Shown: positions 19,269 through 28,845 of the stretch, in pieces
Numbering within the stretch: the first letter of the stretch is position 1
How the letters are laid out: the number at the start of each line of letters is the position of its first letter
Origin: Escherichia phage phi92
Strand: one strand, 5' to 3'
Length of the DNA: 64,000 nucleotides
Sequence record: NC_023693.1
Notes under the pieces: generated by a model
The model's database searches: none
The model's input: the letters and a program-made list of their open reading frames with translations, nothing else
Told to the model about the DNA's origin: nothing
Program-made: the position numbers and the translations under genes

Positions 19269-19279
19269 ATTTAACTCCT

Positions 19280-19483
19280 TTAACTAGCAACCGTAACTTC
19301 CGAACTTTCTTCTTTCGTACTGTCTACGATATGCCTGGTGGCAATATACGAGACTTGCCAGTTACCATCTGGTGTAGTCTCAATAAGTACCCTATCTACT
19401 TCGAGAAAATGCAAAAATTCAACCATCGCTCGCTTCGATAGGAATTGTTTTTTAACAGTCTCCTCAAAAGATTGAACTGCCAT
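19280..19483 (-). CDS. hypothetical protein
   Basis: 67 aa. Confidence 0.45.
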   Translation of the reverse strand: MAVQSFEETVKKQFLSKRAMVEFLHFLEVDRVLIETTPDGNWQVSYIATRHIVDSTKEESSEVTVAS

Positions 19484-19492
19484 GTTTCCTCC

Positions 19493-20155
19493 TTATTTAA
19501 TATTCAATTTTGCACAAAGACGTTGTACCGCTTTGGCATCGAACAAACTCCCACGAATAGTTCTCTTTCCTGATTCATTCAGATGTTTTGCAATCGTCAT
19601 ATATGGCGTTTTACAAGCTCTGTATGCAACTAAAGAATCTTTTAAAGAAAGCGCAAACTCTTTTGAGCGTTTTGCTTCTTCCGTTTTCGTATAATCTGTT
19701 CTTTTGTATTTAGGGTTTGCTGCACCAAGAAGCGTTCCCTTCGCTTTTGCTACTTTAAGGCTCTTCTTAACACGATCAGATATTGCACGAGCCTCTTCTT
19801 CTGCCAGAACTGCTAAAATATTTATTATCATATTTTCAGCGGAGGGCATAGTTGCTATTCGTACATTAATCATCTCTAACAAGGTTGCAACAGAAGCTGT
19901 GTTACGTCCAAGACGGTCAACCTTAGCAACAACAAGTGTAGCACCTGTTTCTTTGCAAAGATTAACAGCTTTTACAAGCTCTCTACGTTGCTTCCAATCG
20001 CCTTTACCCGAATAAAACTCTGCAAAGCTACCTACAATAGTATAATTTTCTTGTGAATCCAGGAAGCGTTGAATATCTGCTTCCTGTGACTCTATACCAT
20101 ACTGGTTGCCTTGTTGTTTCTTCTTAGAAAGTCGATGATATAGTACAAACTTCAT
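19493..20155 (-). CDS. serine recombinase (resolvase/invertase family)
   Basis: N-terminal YHRLS...Q, LVVAKVDRLGRN, ILAVLAEEEARAISDRVK...AKG blocks typical of resolvase catalytic domain; basic C-terminus. Confidence 0.6.
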   Translation of the reverse strand: MKFVLYHRLSKKKQQGNQYGIESQEADIQRFLDSQENYTIVGSFAEFYSGKGDWKQRRELVKAVNLCKETGATLVVAKVDRLGRNTASVATLLEMINVRIATMPSAENMIINILAVLAEEEARAISDRVKKSLKVAKAKGTLLGAANPKYKRTDYTKTEEAKRSKEFALSLKDSLVAYRACKTPYMTIAKHLNESGKRTIRGSLFDAKAVQRLCAKLNIK

Positions 20156-20212
20156 AATACCCTCCTGTTCTGTTACAGGAAGTATGCACTACCTTAATGT
20201 TAAAGTCAACAG

Positions 20213-20416
20213 TTAAGTAGTGGTAATATCATCCTCTTGAATACTAGGGTCAACTTCTGCAAAGATAGCCTCTACAGGAATTTCTTCACCTGCTATTCTA
20301 GAAAGAAGCACGGAACCAATAGCTTTTGCGTGTTCTTCGGATTCCGCATAAACATTAGTTCCTGTGTCTTTTTTCTTAGTTTCGTTAAAATATACCAGAT
20401 AGTAATTGTATGCCAT
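20213..20416 (-). CDS. hypothetical protein
   Basis: 67 aa. Confidence 0.4.
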   Translation of the reverse strand: MAYNYYLVYFNETKKKDTGTNVYAESEEHAKAIGSVLLSRIAGEEIPVEAIFAEVDPSIQEDDITTT

Positions 20417-20667
20417 TATTCATCCCAATCGCCGTTACGAGCACTTTCAAGAACCTTGACAACTTCTGCATACTCTACAGCTAAACCAGCACATACTTCA
20501 GCTTGTTTTGCAATTGCTTGTTTAAAGAACATAGCGATTGCAACACTCTGTGTTGTGTGAATGTTATCTGCTTTAGTTGATACATGAAGATCAAAATCTT
20601 CTTCATCAAAGGTGAGTTCCATAGTAACAATAAATTTCTCGGTCATAAAAATGCTCCTCTTAAACAA
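20416..20667 (-). CDS. hypothetical protein
   Basis: 83 aa. Confidence 0.45.
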   Translation of the reverse strand: MFKRSIFMTEKFIVTMELTFDEEDFDLHVSTKADNIHTTQSVAIAMFFKQAIAKQAEVCAGLAVEYAEVVKVLESARNGDWDE

Positions 20668-21169
20668 AATAGAAAGGTTGAGTTAAACCCAGCCTGTTTT
20701 TTGGGTCGTAGACGTACCAAGCATATGCTGTCTTATCAGTACCACCTGCAACAAAAGATGGTCGTTCAGAAAGAACAATCAAATTTGTTGGTGGATTCTG
20801 TTTATGGAATTCCCTTCGTTTAATAGACTCTAGGAACCCAAGACGCAACAAGTATATGCAAACGTCTGCTTCTTTTAAGCTCTTTTGCAAGAACTCAAGT
20901 GCAAGTCTGAATGGTGGATTTGTGATTATAATATCCGGCTTAGTATGCCATTCGTGGTTAAAATAATCCTTCCCTTCTTCTAACTCACAATATTCTGATC
21001 CTTCTGGAAAATGTTGATAAATTGCAGCAGCAGCACCTTTACACGGTTCTGCAAAAATAAAACCTTCTTCTTTAAGGTTATTAAAATCTATTACACTAAA
21101 TAATGCATTTATACATTTTTGTGGAGTAGGATAGTAATCAGTTGGTGGACGATCATACTTATTTGCCAC
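20660..21169 (-). CDS. DNA N6-adenine methyltransferase (phage Dam-like)
   Basis: DYYPTP and IITNPPF (motif IV) in a 169 aa protein. Confidence 0.65.
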   Translation of the reverse strand: MANKYDRPPTDYYPTPQKCINALFSVIDFNNLKEEGFIFAEPCKGAAAAIYQHFPEGSEYCELEEGKDYFNHEWHTKPDIIITNPPFRLALEFLQKSLKEADVCIYLLRLGFLESIKRREFHKQNPPTNLIVLSERPSFVAGGTDKTAYAWYVYDPKNRLGLTQPFYFV

Positions 21170-21587
21170 TACTTAAAATCTCCTCTTTTGTGATTTCAGG
21201 GTCTTCTTCAAAAACCATAATATCTCTTAAGAACGTTAATTCTTCCATAGATACTGGTATTGTATCTTCTTCTGTTTTTCGTTTACATAAATCGTCAAGA
21301 AAGTTTTTAAAGTTTTCTGACAAATCGTAAAATTTCAACAGTTGATAATCACAGGAGGAGATCCTATCCAGTTCTAACATTCTTTCTAAGATATTTTCTG
21401 TGTTGCCATACAGCACACGAACTTCTCCGAAAGGGTTGACTGAATATTGTGAAGTTCTGAACCATCCCTTTTTAGATACAGTGTAACGCTGTTCTGCTAA
21501 ACTTTCAATAAAATTTTTAGCTCTTTTACAGTTTTGTTCTAAAGAGTAGTAGGCTTTTTCTACAAAGGTTACAGGTACTGGTAACAT
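21159..21587 (-). CDS. hypothetical protein
   Basis: 142 aa. Confidence 0.5.
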   Translation of the reverse strand: MLPVPVTFVEKAYYSLEQNCKRAKNFIESLAEQRYTVSKKGWFRTSQYSVNPFGEVRVLYGNTENILERMLELDRISSCDYQLLKFYDLSENFKNFLDDLCKRKTEEDTIPVSMEELTFLRDIMVFEEDPEITKEEILSSGK

Positions 21588-21627
21588 ATCTCCTCCTAAT
21601 AACCCCCTTGCGGGGGTTTATACTAGA

Positions 21628-22281
21628 TTAATTATCAGAGGACACTTTATCAAGTTTTTCAGAGACTGTCAATACTTTTTCTTGTGATTCTTTCATTTCT
21701 GCTAAAATACTTTCAGCTTCATCACTATCAGGATCACCAGTCAACAGCATACTAATTAGTTGCTCCTTGCTGAAGTTCAGAATATCTTCCGCTGTTAACT
21801 CCAGTTGTTCTTCGATCTCTTCGATAAAAGTTTCACCGCCTGAAAAAGCATCTCGCAGTTTTGCAACTTCCATCGCTTCTTCTGGGGTTGCCCCAGCGTC
21901 TAAAGCTGCTAAAGCAAAATCTGCCCCACTACCAACAGCATAATAATCTTCAGTTAAAGGATATGCTCGCGTTGGATTGTTACCCTCGTGCATATAAATT
22001 TTACCATCTGGGTGAACAACTAATGCCACAAACTCTTCATCTTCTTTATCAGGATTTGACTGGATCACCAAACCTGGGATTGTCTCTTGTGCTGCTTGGC
22101 ATTGTAAGTTTTGTTCGAACCAAGAAAAGAAAGTCAGGATAGAAGACAGACGTCCTGCACCACCAACAAGGTAATCCCCAATTTTACGCACTTTCTTGAA
22201 ATTTAAAGTGTCTACTCGATTACCTACTGTTACTTTACCGTCAGACAGAATTTTGTTACGTGTTGCAATAATTGTTGTCAT
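21628..22281 (-). CDS. HslV/proteasome-like Ntn-hydrolase peptidase
   Basis: N-terminal MTTIIATRN (Thr nucleophile after Met), KKVRKIGDYLVGGAG and YAVGSGADFALAA align to HslV blocks. Confidence 0.55.
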   Translation of the reverse strand: MTTIIATRNKILSDGKVTVGNRVDTLNFKKVRKIGDYLVGGAGRLSSILTFFSWFEQNLQCQAAQETIPGLVIQSNPDKEDEEFVALVVHPDGKIYMHEGNNPTRAYPLTEDYYAVGSGADFALAALDAGATPEEAMEVAKLRDAFSGGETFIEEIEEQLELTAEDILNFSKEQLISMLLTGDPDSDEAESILAEMKESQEKVLTVSEKLDKVSSDN

Positions 22282-22772
22282 TGTACTTCCTCCTGTAGTG
22301 TTTTAAGGACTGCTTTACCACCGCTTACATATTTACGGAGGTAATCAATAGCTCTTAGTGTTTCTTTATCCACAAGAATTTTATTAGTTCTTGTTAGTGG
22401 ATGATTTAGTAAATCACTGCAATTTCTTACTAACATAGATTTCTTGTGAAAGATACTGCTAAGAAAAAGAAGTTTAGAATCTTCTTCATCAATCAGGAGT
22501 AATTCTGAATTAGACCCAGCTATATTTATTATACACTCAAACAAGCCTTCTTGACTATCAGATAATTCCTGGTAATATTTAGTTAGCCAATCCTCTCCTT
22601 TTAACCAACTAAAAAACATCTGAACTTTTTGCAAAGTTGTCATGTTCTCTAAACGAAGAGATATTTCTTTTTCAATCTTGTCAATATAAATCTGTCTAAA
22701 CTCATTCGGCTTAACTAAGCCAGCTTGATAGCATTCATCAATACCATTGCGATCAATCTCAATTAGCGTCAT
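22278..22772 (-). CDS. hypothetical protein
   Basis: 164 aa. Confidence 0.5.
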   Translation of the reverse strand: MTLIEIDRNGIDECYQAGLVKPNEFRQIYIDKIEKEISLRLENMTTLQKVQMFFSWLKGEDWLTKYYQELSDSQEGLFECIINIAGSNSELLLIDEEDSKLLFLSSIFHKKSMLVRNCSDLLNHPLTRTNKILVDKETLRAIDYLRKYVSGGKAVLKTLQEEVQ

Positions 22773-22808
22773 TTAACCTCCATAATAGGCATCCTTGCCT
22801 TGTAATTA

Positions 22809-23561
22809 TTAATATACTTCCGTGATGAACTGAGACAAACGGGAACGTTGGTTATCAGCAGTTGTCATTTCAACATAACCAATAAAATCTACAATAGCTT
22901 CCCTTTCTCCTTCTTCGTTAATAGGAACAACACGATCTAACAAATCACCTAACCCGTTAGCTCTTCGTTTAATTGCATATGTTTGATTAACATCGCCCAT
23001 AATGACAATACGTGTATTAAGACCTGCTCGCTCAAGGAGAAGTTTTACTGTGTTTGGTGACATAAGTTGAACTTCATCAATAAGAATAATGCTGTTATCC
23101 CACGTAGCACCTAGTGCATAGTTTGGAATATTAAGTTCAATTTTGCCACTTGCAATATCGTTTTCCAATTTATTTGCAGTCATAAACTGTTGGAAAATTC
23201 TTTTAGTTGATTCGTAGTGTGCTGCTAGTTTATCAGTCTTATCTCCAGATAAGAAACCAATTTGATCATCACCTACTTCTGTCGGGTTTTTAAGGAAAAT
23301 CAACTTTCTGAAATCACCAGCTTTAAGCATTTGCAATGCTTTCCACAGTGCTGTTGTCGTTTTTCCTGTTCCTGCTGGGGCATTAACAATGGTTAAATCA
23401 TTCCAAACCATGCTTCTTACAATAGCTTCTTGATTCCCAACAGGGGTAAATTCATCAAGACGGTAATCATCATTTCCTACTGCTTTAGCCGCATAACGAC
23501 TGGCACGTTTGTCATCATTGGCTGCTGATTGACGACGAGCCTTTGCGGTTTTATTTCCCAT
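22809..23561 (-). CDS. phoH: PhoH-like ATPase
   Basis: Walker A VNAPAGTGKTT and PhoH-like overall layout. Confidence 0.8.
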   Translation of the reverse strand: MGNKTAKARRQSAANDDKRASRYAAKAVGNDDYRLDEFTPVGNQEAIVRSMVWNDLTIVNAPAGTGKTTTALWKALQMLKAGDFRKLIFLKNPTEVGDDQIGFLSGDKTDKLAAHYESTKRIFQQFMTANKLENDIASGKIELNIPNYALGATWDNSIILIDEVQLMSPNTVKLLLERAGLNTRIVIMGDVNQTYAIKRRANGLGDLLDRVVPINEEGEREAIVDFIGYVEMTTADNQRSRLSQFITEVY

Positions 23562-23569
23562 GTTTGCAC

Positions 23570-23598
23570 TCCTTATAAAAGGGGCTTTCGCCCCTTTG
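23570..23598 (-). terminator. rho-independent terminator
   Basis: AAAGGGGCGAAAGCCCCTTT hairpin then TTTTATAAGG on minus strand. Confidence 0.5.
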
Positions 23599-23599
23599 T

Positions 23600-24100
23600 T
23601 TAGTTATAAGCGTCTAATGTTCCAGTTTTAAGCACCTGAATTACACGCTCTGCGCGATTAGGCGTTTGGCGATACCATTTACTTTTACGTAAATTTATAG
23701 AGGCTTGAGTATAATATGAATTACTCACTAAAGTCAAGCTATTTTTGAAAGATTCTGCACCTTTCAATCCCATTTGAAATACCATATTAATAATAGCCAT
23801 TTTACGATTAGGACTTACTTTATCGTAAATAGGAGATAATATGGTACTTGAATGGATTTGTTGTATCGCTTTCTTTACGTCACTTTCAAAGATTCTTCTA
23901 GCTTCCGCTTCAGTAATAACTCCATTGGTTTTTCTACCTACTAAGTTATCAAGAATGCGTATAGCTTCTGCTTTATCTTTGAGTTTTGTCAGAAGGTGTC
24001 CAATACCAACTGTCCAATACCCTTCGGTATCAGGATATACAGTTAGCTTTAGTCCTTCATCAAAACGTAACATATCAAACACATCAACTACTTTAGCCAT
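23600..24100 (-). CDS. endolysin, T4-type lysozyme (GH24)
   Basis: FDMLRFDEGLKLTVYPDTEGYWTVGIGHLL matches T4 lysozyme N-terminus including catalytic Glu/Asp/Thr spacing. Confidence 0.85.
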   Translation of the reverse strand: MAKVVDVFDMLRFDEGLKLTVYPDTEGYWTVGIGHLLTKLKDKAEAIRILDNLVGRKTNGVITEAEARRIFESDVKKAIQQIHSSTILSPIYDKVSPNRKMAIINMVFQMGLKGAESFKNSLTLVSNSYYTQASINLRKSKWYRQTPNRAERVIQVLKTGTLDAYN

Positions 24101-24260
24101 GTTTTCCTTATATTAGTCGCCCTCCCCATGATCTAGCTCTTGAAACAGTAGGTGTTCAGGAGACATTTCACGTTTAGGCTTCGTCTTTTTAGTTTGGGAC
24201 TTAAGCTCTGTTGCCAAAGCACGAGAAAAGATCTTACGTTTCTGTTTACCTTTCATATTG

Positions 24261-24527
24261 TTACTCCGCAATCTGAGCCATGAATTCACGTAGTTCAGAA
24301 AAACCTCCTACGTGGGTTAGCTGTTCACCATCTTCCACAAAAATCTGAGGAAATGTGCGTGGTAGAACACCTGTTTTCTCTAAAACCAGATTCTGAATCT
24401 GATCTAAAGAATAGTCTTCATCTAAGGTAAGGTATTTAAAATCCTGTTCACGCTGTTCTAGTAGAATCTTAGCGTTAGTGCAGAAAGGACAATTTGGTTT
24501 ACCGTAGATAATAAAATTCATTTTCAC
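24261..24527 (-). CDS. glutaredoxin (NrdH/Grx-like)
   Basis: CPFC active site near N-terminus, 88 aa. Confidence 0.75.
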   Translation of the reverse strand: MKMNFIIYGKPNCPFCTNAKILLEQREQDFKYLTLDEDYSLDQIQNLVLEKTGVLPRTFPQIFVEDGEQLTHVGGFSELREFMAQIAE

Positions 24528-25354
24528 TCCTTGTTTAAAAGTATAGTTAAAGTTCTTACAATACCGCTATCAACACTTCGCGGATTTAAAGTAGGATCTG
24601 TTTTTAAATAAGATGTTGCTGGTCTGACTGCTTTGGAATTATAGGTTGAAGCAGATACAGGATTAACTGTAACAGACAAATCTATAACAAGAAATATCTT
24701 TCGTGCAAAATCATACCAAGAAATATAATCTGCACCTGCATAGTGTACAATTTTACTATTTACACCATCTTTTACAAGTTTAAAAATTGTTTCTGCAAGA
24801 TCAGGTGCATAAGTAGGACATGATAAATGATCACATACTACATTAAATTCTTTTTGACCACCGTTGTAGCGTTCCAACATAGTTTTCAAAAAGTTATGTC
24901 CAAATTCACTATAAACAGAAGCTGTTCTGATAATAAGTGCTGTAGGACAAACTGCTTGTACTAAAGTTTCACCTAATTGTTTACTGTAACCGTAGGTGTT
25001 CAAGGGGTTTGTTTTACTCTCTTCTGTGCCAGCAACATGTCCATCAAAAACATAGTCTGTTGAAATATGTACAAACTGTATCAGTAAATCATTACATGCT
25101 TTGGCAATGTTTGTTGCACCGTATGCATTAACATTTATACAGGTGTTAACATCTTCTTCAGCTTTATCTACTGCCGTGTAAGCCGCACAATTCACAACAA
25201 CATCAGGCACATGCTGTACAAGACTATTCATAACATCTTTAAAGTTGGTAATGTCTATATCACTTGCTTCAATCAAAACAACATCTTCTGGTGCAACTTT
25301 TGCCAAAGATTGTCCTAATTGACCTTTTGAACCAAAGACTAAAAATTTTGTCAA
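24524..25354 (-). CDS. rmlD: dTDP-4-dehydrorhamnose reductase
   Basis: N-terminal Rossmann FGSKGQLGQ and RmlD-like length; last gene of rml operon order. Confidence 0.75.
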   Translation of the reverse strand: MTKFLVFGSKGQLGQSLAKVAPEDVVLIEASDIDITNFKDVMNSLVQHVPDVVVNCAAYTAVDKAEEDVNTCINVNAYGATNIAKACNDLLIQFVHISTDYVFDGHVAGTEESKTNPLNTYGYSKQLGETLVQAVCPTALIIRTASVYSEFGHNFLKTMLERYNGGQKEFNVVCDHLSCPTYAPDLAETIFKLVKDGVNSKIVHYAGADYISWYDFARKIFLVIDLSVTVNPVSASTYNSKAVRPATSYLKTDPTLNPRSVDSGIVRTLTILLNKE

Positions 25355-25905
25355 AATATGATCTCCTTTAGTGTTTTGGCTTCCTGATCTTTTTGTGACA
25401 AGATAGGTTTAAAATTAATATCATTAAAGATTAAATCAAAACCCCAATCTATATTGATATCTGGATCATTCCACGCAAGACTACACTCTGAAGTCGGATC
25501 GTAATATTCTGTACATTTGTATTCAAAATCAGCAATATCACTAATCACAACAAAGCCATGAGCGAAACCAGGAGGAATCCAAAATTGTGTTTTATTCTTT
25601 TCAGATAAGAGAACACCTACCCATTCTCCAAATGTTGGACTACCAACCCTAATATCTACAGCAACATCATAAACTTCACCACGAACACAGCGTACCAACT
25701 TCCCTTGTGGGTTTTTCTTTTGAAAATGAAGCCCACGTAGAACTCCTCGGATAGAACGTGAATGGTTATCTTGGACAAAGTTTTGTTTACCTATGTATTG
25801 ATCATATAAAGCCTGATTAAAACTTTCTAAGAAAAAGCCACGTTCATCTCCGTAAACGTCAGGTTGAATGATCAACAAATCTTCGATTTTTGTTGCTTGA
25901 ATCAT
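25351..25905 (-). CDS. rmlC: dTDP-4-dehydrorhamnose 3,5-epimerase
   Basis: RGLHFQ cupin signature, 184 aa. Confidence 0.8.
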   Translation of the reverse strand: MIQATKIEDLLIIQPDVYGDERGFFLESFNQALYDQYIGKQNFVQDNHSRSIRGVLRGLHFQKKNPQGKLVRCVRGEVYDVAVDIRVGSPTFGEWVGVLLSEKNKTQFWIPPGFAHGFVVISDIADFEYKCTEYYDPTSECSLAWNDPDINIDWGFDLIFNDINFKPILSQKDQEAKTLKEIIF

Positions 25906-25917
25906 TTAATTCCCCTT

Positions 25918-26787
25918 TTATTTTAATTTAAGTAAATACTTACCGTAGTCTGTTTTACTTAAAACCTCTCCAGAACTTTTTACAGAGTCTAAAGTAATCC
26001 ATTCATTTTTAAAAGCAATCTCTTCCAGGCATGCAACCTTCATACCTTGTTGCTTCTCTATTGCATGAACAAATTGAGATGCTTCCATAAGACTTTCATG
26101 TGTTCCTGTATCCAGCCAAGTGAAACCTCTTCCTAGTTTACAGACACGTAAAGTCTTTTCTTTCCAGTACATCTCATTTATATCCGTAATCTCTAACTCC
26201 CCTCTAGCAGAAGGTTTAACGCTCTTAGCTTTCTGTATAACAGAATTATCGTAAAAGTACAAGCCTGTGATTGCGTAGTTGCTTTTTGGTGTTTTTGGTT
26301 TTTCTTCAATACTCACCACTGTACCTTCAGAATCAAACTCAACAACACCAAATCTTTCAGGATCATTTACGTGATACCCAAAGATATTAGCTCCACCATT
26401 CTTTTCAATATGTTCTTTAGCAGAATCTAAAATGCTACCAAAACTCTGACCAAAGAATAAATTATCACCTAGCACAAGTGCTACAGAATCTTCACCAATA
26501 AAGTTCTCACCAATAATAAACGCTTCTGCTAAACCTTTTGGGCTATCCTGTATTGCATACTGTAGGGAAATACCAAAAGAAGAACCATCACCTAGAAGAT
26601 TTACAAAATTAATTTGATCTTCTGGTGTTGTAATTATTAGTATTTCCCTAATTCCAGAAAGCATTAGGACAGAGAGTGGATAATAAATCATAGGTTTATC
26701 GTAAATTGGTAATAGTTGTTTACTAACCCCTTTAGTAACTGGGTAAAGCCTTGTTCCACTACCACCTGCTAAGATAATACCTTTCAT
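25918..26787 (-). CDS. rmlA: glucose-1-phosphate thymidylyltransferase
   Basis: [18 protein letters not shown] nucleotidyltransferase signature, 289 aa. Confidence 0.85.
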   Translation of the reverse strand: MKGIILAGGSGTRLYPVTKGVSKQLLPIYDKPMIYYPLSVLMLSGIREILIITTPEDQINFVNLLGDGSSFGISLQYAIQDSPKGLAEAFIIGENFIGEDSVALVLGDNLFFGQSFGSILDSAKEHIEKNGGANIFGYHVNDPERFGVVEFDSEGTVVSIEEKPKTPKSNYAITGLYFYDNSVIQKAKSVKPSARGELEITDINEMYWKEKTLRVCKLGRGFTWLDTGTHESLMEASQFVHAIEKQQGMKVACLEEIAFKNEWITLDSVKSSGEVLSKTDYGKYLLKLK

Positions 26788-26795
26788 ACTCCTCC

Positions 26796-27785
26796 TTAAA
26801 CTTTATTTTCCCACCACTCTTTGTTATCTACATACCAATCAATGGTTGAATAAAGTTTTTCTTCAAATGTGCCTTTAGCTTTCCACCCTAATTCCTTTTC
26901 AATCTTATAAGGATTCACTTCATATCTTAAATCATGCCCAGGCCTATCTGTAACCATCTCAATGAGGCTACAAGCATCTGTTTCAGATGGATATACCGCA
27001 TCCATATAATCACAAATCATATAGATTACATCAATATTAGTTCTAGGGTTTCTGCTCCCAATATTATATGTCTCTCCAGATTTGCCTTTAGTTACTACTA
27101 GGTGTAATGCCTCTGCGTGATCGTCAACGTATAACCAGTCTCTTACTTGAAGACCATTACCATAAACAGGGATTGGTTTATGCATTAAGATATTTGTTAT
27201 CGTTTTAGGTATTAGTTTTTCTGGATGATGATATGCTCCAAAATTATTTGAACAATTTGTTATAACTGTCGGAATACCATAAGTACGATGCCACGCTCTT
27301 ACCAAATGATCGCTTGCAGCTTTAGATGCAGCATATGGACTACTTGGTTTATAAGGATTCTGTTCTGTAAACGGATAATCTCCTTCTTCCAGATCACCAT
27401 ACACTTCATCTGTTGAAATATGATGGAACATTTTAAGATTTGATTTATCTCCCATTAAACGAACAGCTTCTAGAAGATTAAATGTCCCAACAATATTTGA
27501 ATTTATAAAAACACTCGGTGATGCTATTGAATTATCTACGTGACTCTCTGCTGCAAGATGCATTATATAATCTGGATTAACATCTGCCACAATCTTAGCA
27601 GTTAACTGCGCATTTGTCAAGTCAACACGACAAAACTTTACATTAGGTGTTTCTGATAAATTCCTAGGGTCTGAAGCGTAACCCCATTTATCTATAACGT
27701 AAATATCATTCTTAGTATTTTTAGCTAGGAAACGAACTACCGCACTTCCAATAAAGCCTAAACCACCTGTTACTAAGTATTTCAT
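26796..27785 (-). CDS. rmlB: dTDP-glucose 4,6-dehydratase
   Basis: [12 protein letters not shown]-binding motif, SDR-type YxxxK region, 329 aa. Confidence 0.85.
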   Translation of the reverse strand: MKYLVTGGLGFIGSAVVRFLAKNTKNDIYVIDKWGYASDPRNLSETPNVKFCRVDLTNAQLTAKIVADVNPDYIMHLAAESHVDNSIASPSVFINSNIVGTFNLLEAVRLMGDKSNLKMFHHISTDEVYGDLEEGDYPFTEQNPYKPSSPYAASKAASDHLVRAWHRTYGIPTVITNCSNNFGAYHHPEKLIPKTITNILMHKPIPVYGNGLQVRDWLYVDDHAEALHLVVTKGKSGETYNIGSRNPRTNIDVIYMICDYMDAVYPSETDACSLIEMVTDRPGHDLRYEVNPYKIEKELGWKAKGTFEEKLYSTIDWYVDNKEWWENKV

Positions 27786-27979
27786 TTAGTCTCCTTCCAA
27801 TTATTCCCTTCAGTAAAAATAATACCTTCATAAAACAACCATCTGGAACCTTTTTCAACAGGAACAGGAAGCTCTTCTTCAGTAAAGTTATAAACCTCTC
27901 TAGCATCTTCTAAAAGTGATGCAAATGTTTTTGGACTTACTGTTACGCGAGGAGCATTGATCAGTTGATCTAGCATCAT
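27782..27979 (-). CDS. hypothetical protein
   Basis: internal ATG 27979 with AAGGAGG SD; avoids overlap with next gene. Confidence 0.4.
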   Translation of the reverse strand: MMLDQLINAPRVTVSPKTFASLLEDAREVYNFTEEELPVPVEKGSRWLFYEGIIFTEGNNWKETK

Positions 27980-27992
27980 TCTACTATCCTCC

Positions 27993-28319
27993 TTACCAAA
28001 CGTGTTGAGAAATAATAGTTTCCGTTTCAATGTTATATTTTTCAAGAAGTTGTGCATAGGCTTCTTTTGCATTTTTATTTAGTTGCTCAAGATCTACAGC
28101 TACACTTCCTTCGTCACCTTCTAAATAAATGCCATATATGCAATAAGATTCATCAGCGTCATAGAAAGGAGAGATACGACTTAAATCAAGACCTTCTTGT
28201 AAGAACCAGTTAAAGTCTCCATCAAATTCTTCTTCAATTCTAGGATCTTCTCCTACAGCTTCTTCCCATTTATTAAAAGGTGCGCCCTGTAACATACGCC
28301 ATTCAATATTAGTCCCCAT
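27993..28319 (-). CDS. hypothetical protein
   Basis: 108 aa. Confidence 0.5.
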   Translation of the reverse strand: MGTNIEWRMLQGAPFNKWEEAVGEDPRIEEEFDGDFNWFLQEGLDLSRISPFYDADESYCIYGIYLEGDEGSVAVDLEQLNKNAKEAYAQLLEKYNIETETIISQHVW

Positions 28320-28449
28320 TATCTTCCTCTTCTTCTTCAGTATGAACGAAACCTAAACCGTTACAATTCCAACAAGGAATAAATTGTTCCATACTAACAA
28401 TAAAATTCCCAGTACCACCGCAGATAGGACAAATACTTACATCATCCAT
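28309..28449 (-). CDS. small zinc-ribbon protein (46 aa)
   Basis: CPICGG...CWNCNG double CxxC, acidic tail; below ORF-track cutoff. Confidence 0.3.
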   Translation of the reverse strand: MDDVSICPICGGTGNFIVSMEQFIPCWNCNGLGFVHTEEEEEDNGD

Positions 28450-28451
28450 TA

Positions 28452-28658
28452 TTAAAGCTCCTCAATCTTTTCTAACATCTGTTTTAACTCATTCTCTGTT
28501 AACAGAATTTCTGTGATACCATCATAAGTTTCTACCATCAGAGTAAAACATTTCTCTCCATCTGAACACACAAAAGCACCACCTTCATCTTCTGTTAAGT
28601 CAGAATTAATATCTACATCAACAAAATCAATCATCTTTTTCTCCTTTGATAATTTCAA
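28452..28658 (-). CDS. hypothetical protein
   Basis: 68 aa. Confidence 0.45.
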   Translation of the reverse strand: MKLSKEKKMIDFVDVDINSDLTEDEGGAFVCSDGEKCFTLMVETYDGITEILLTENELKQMLEKIEEL

Positions 28659-28845
28659 ACTTGGCTACACCATTAACTATAATGTGACCGCAAGACATAA
28701 CTCCTAGCCAATGATCACCATTCTTTTTTAAACGTTTACCGTAAACATCACAGAAACCATTCTGTAATTCGGAAGCCTCATAAGAGGCTCCCTTTTCGAA
28801 AACGTCTTTGAAGTCAGAAATTAATCCAACACAAAGTAGTTTCAT
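28627..28845 (-). CDS. hypothetical protein
   Basis: 72 aa; start may be internal. Confidence 0.4.
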   Translation of the reverse strand: MKLLCVGLISDFKDVFEKGASYEASELQNGFCDVYGKRLKKNGDHWLGVMSCGHIIVNGVAKFEIIKGEKDD

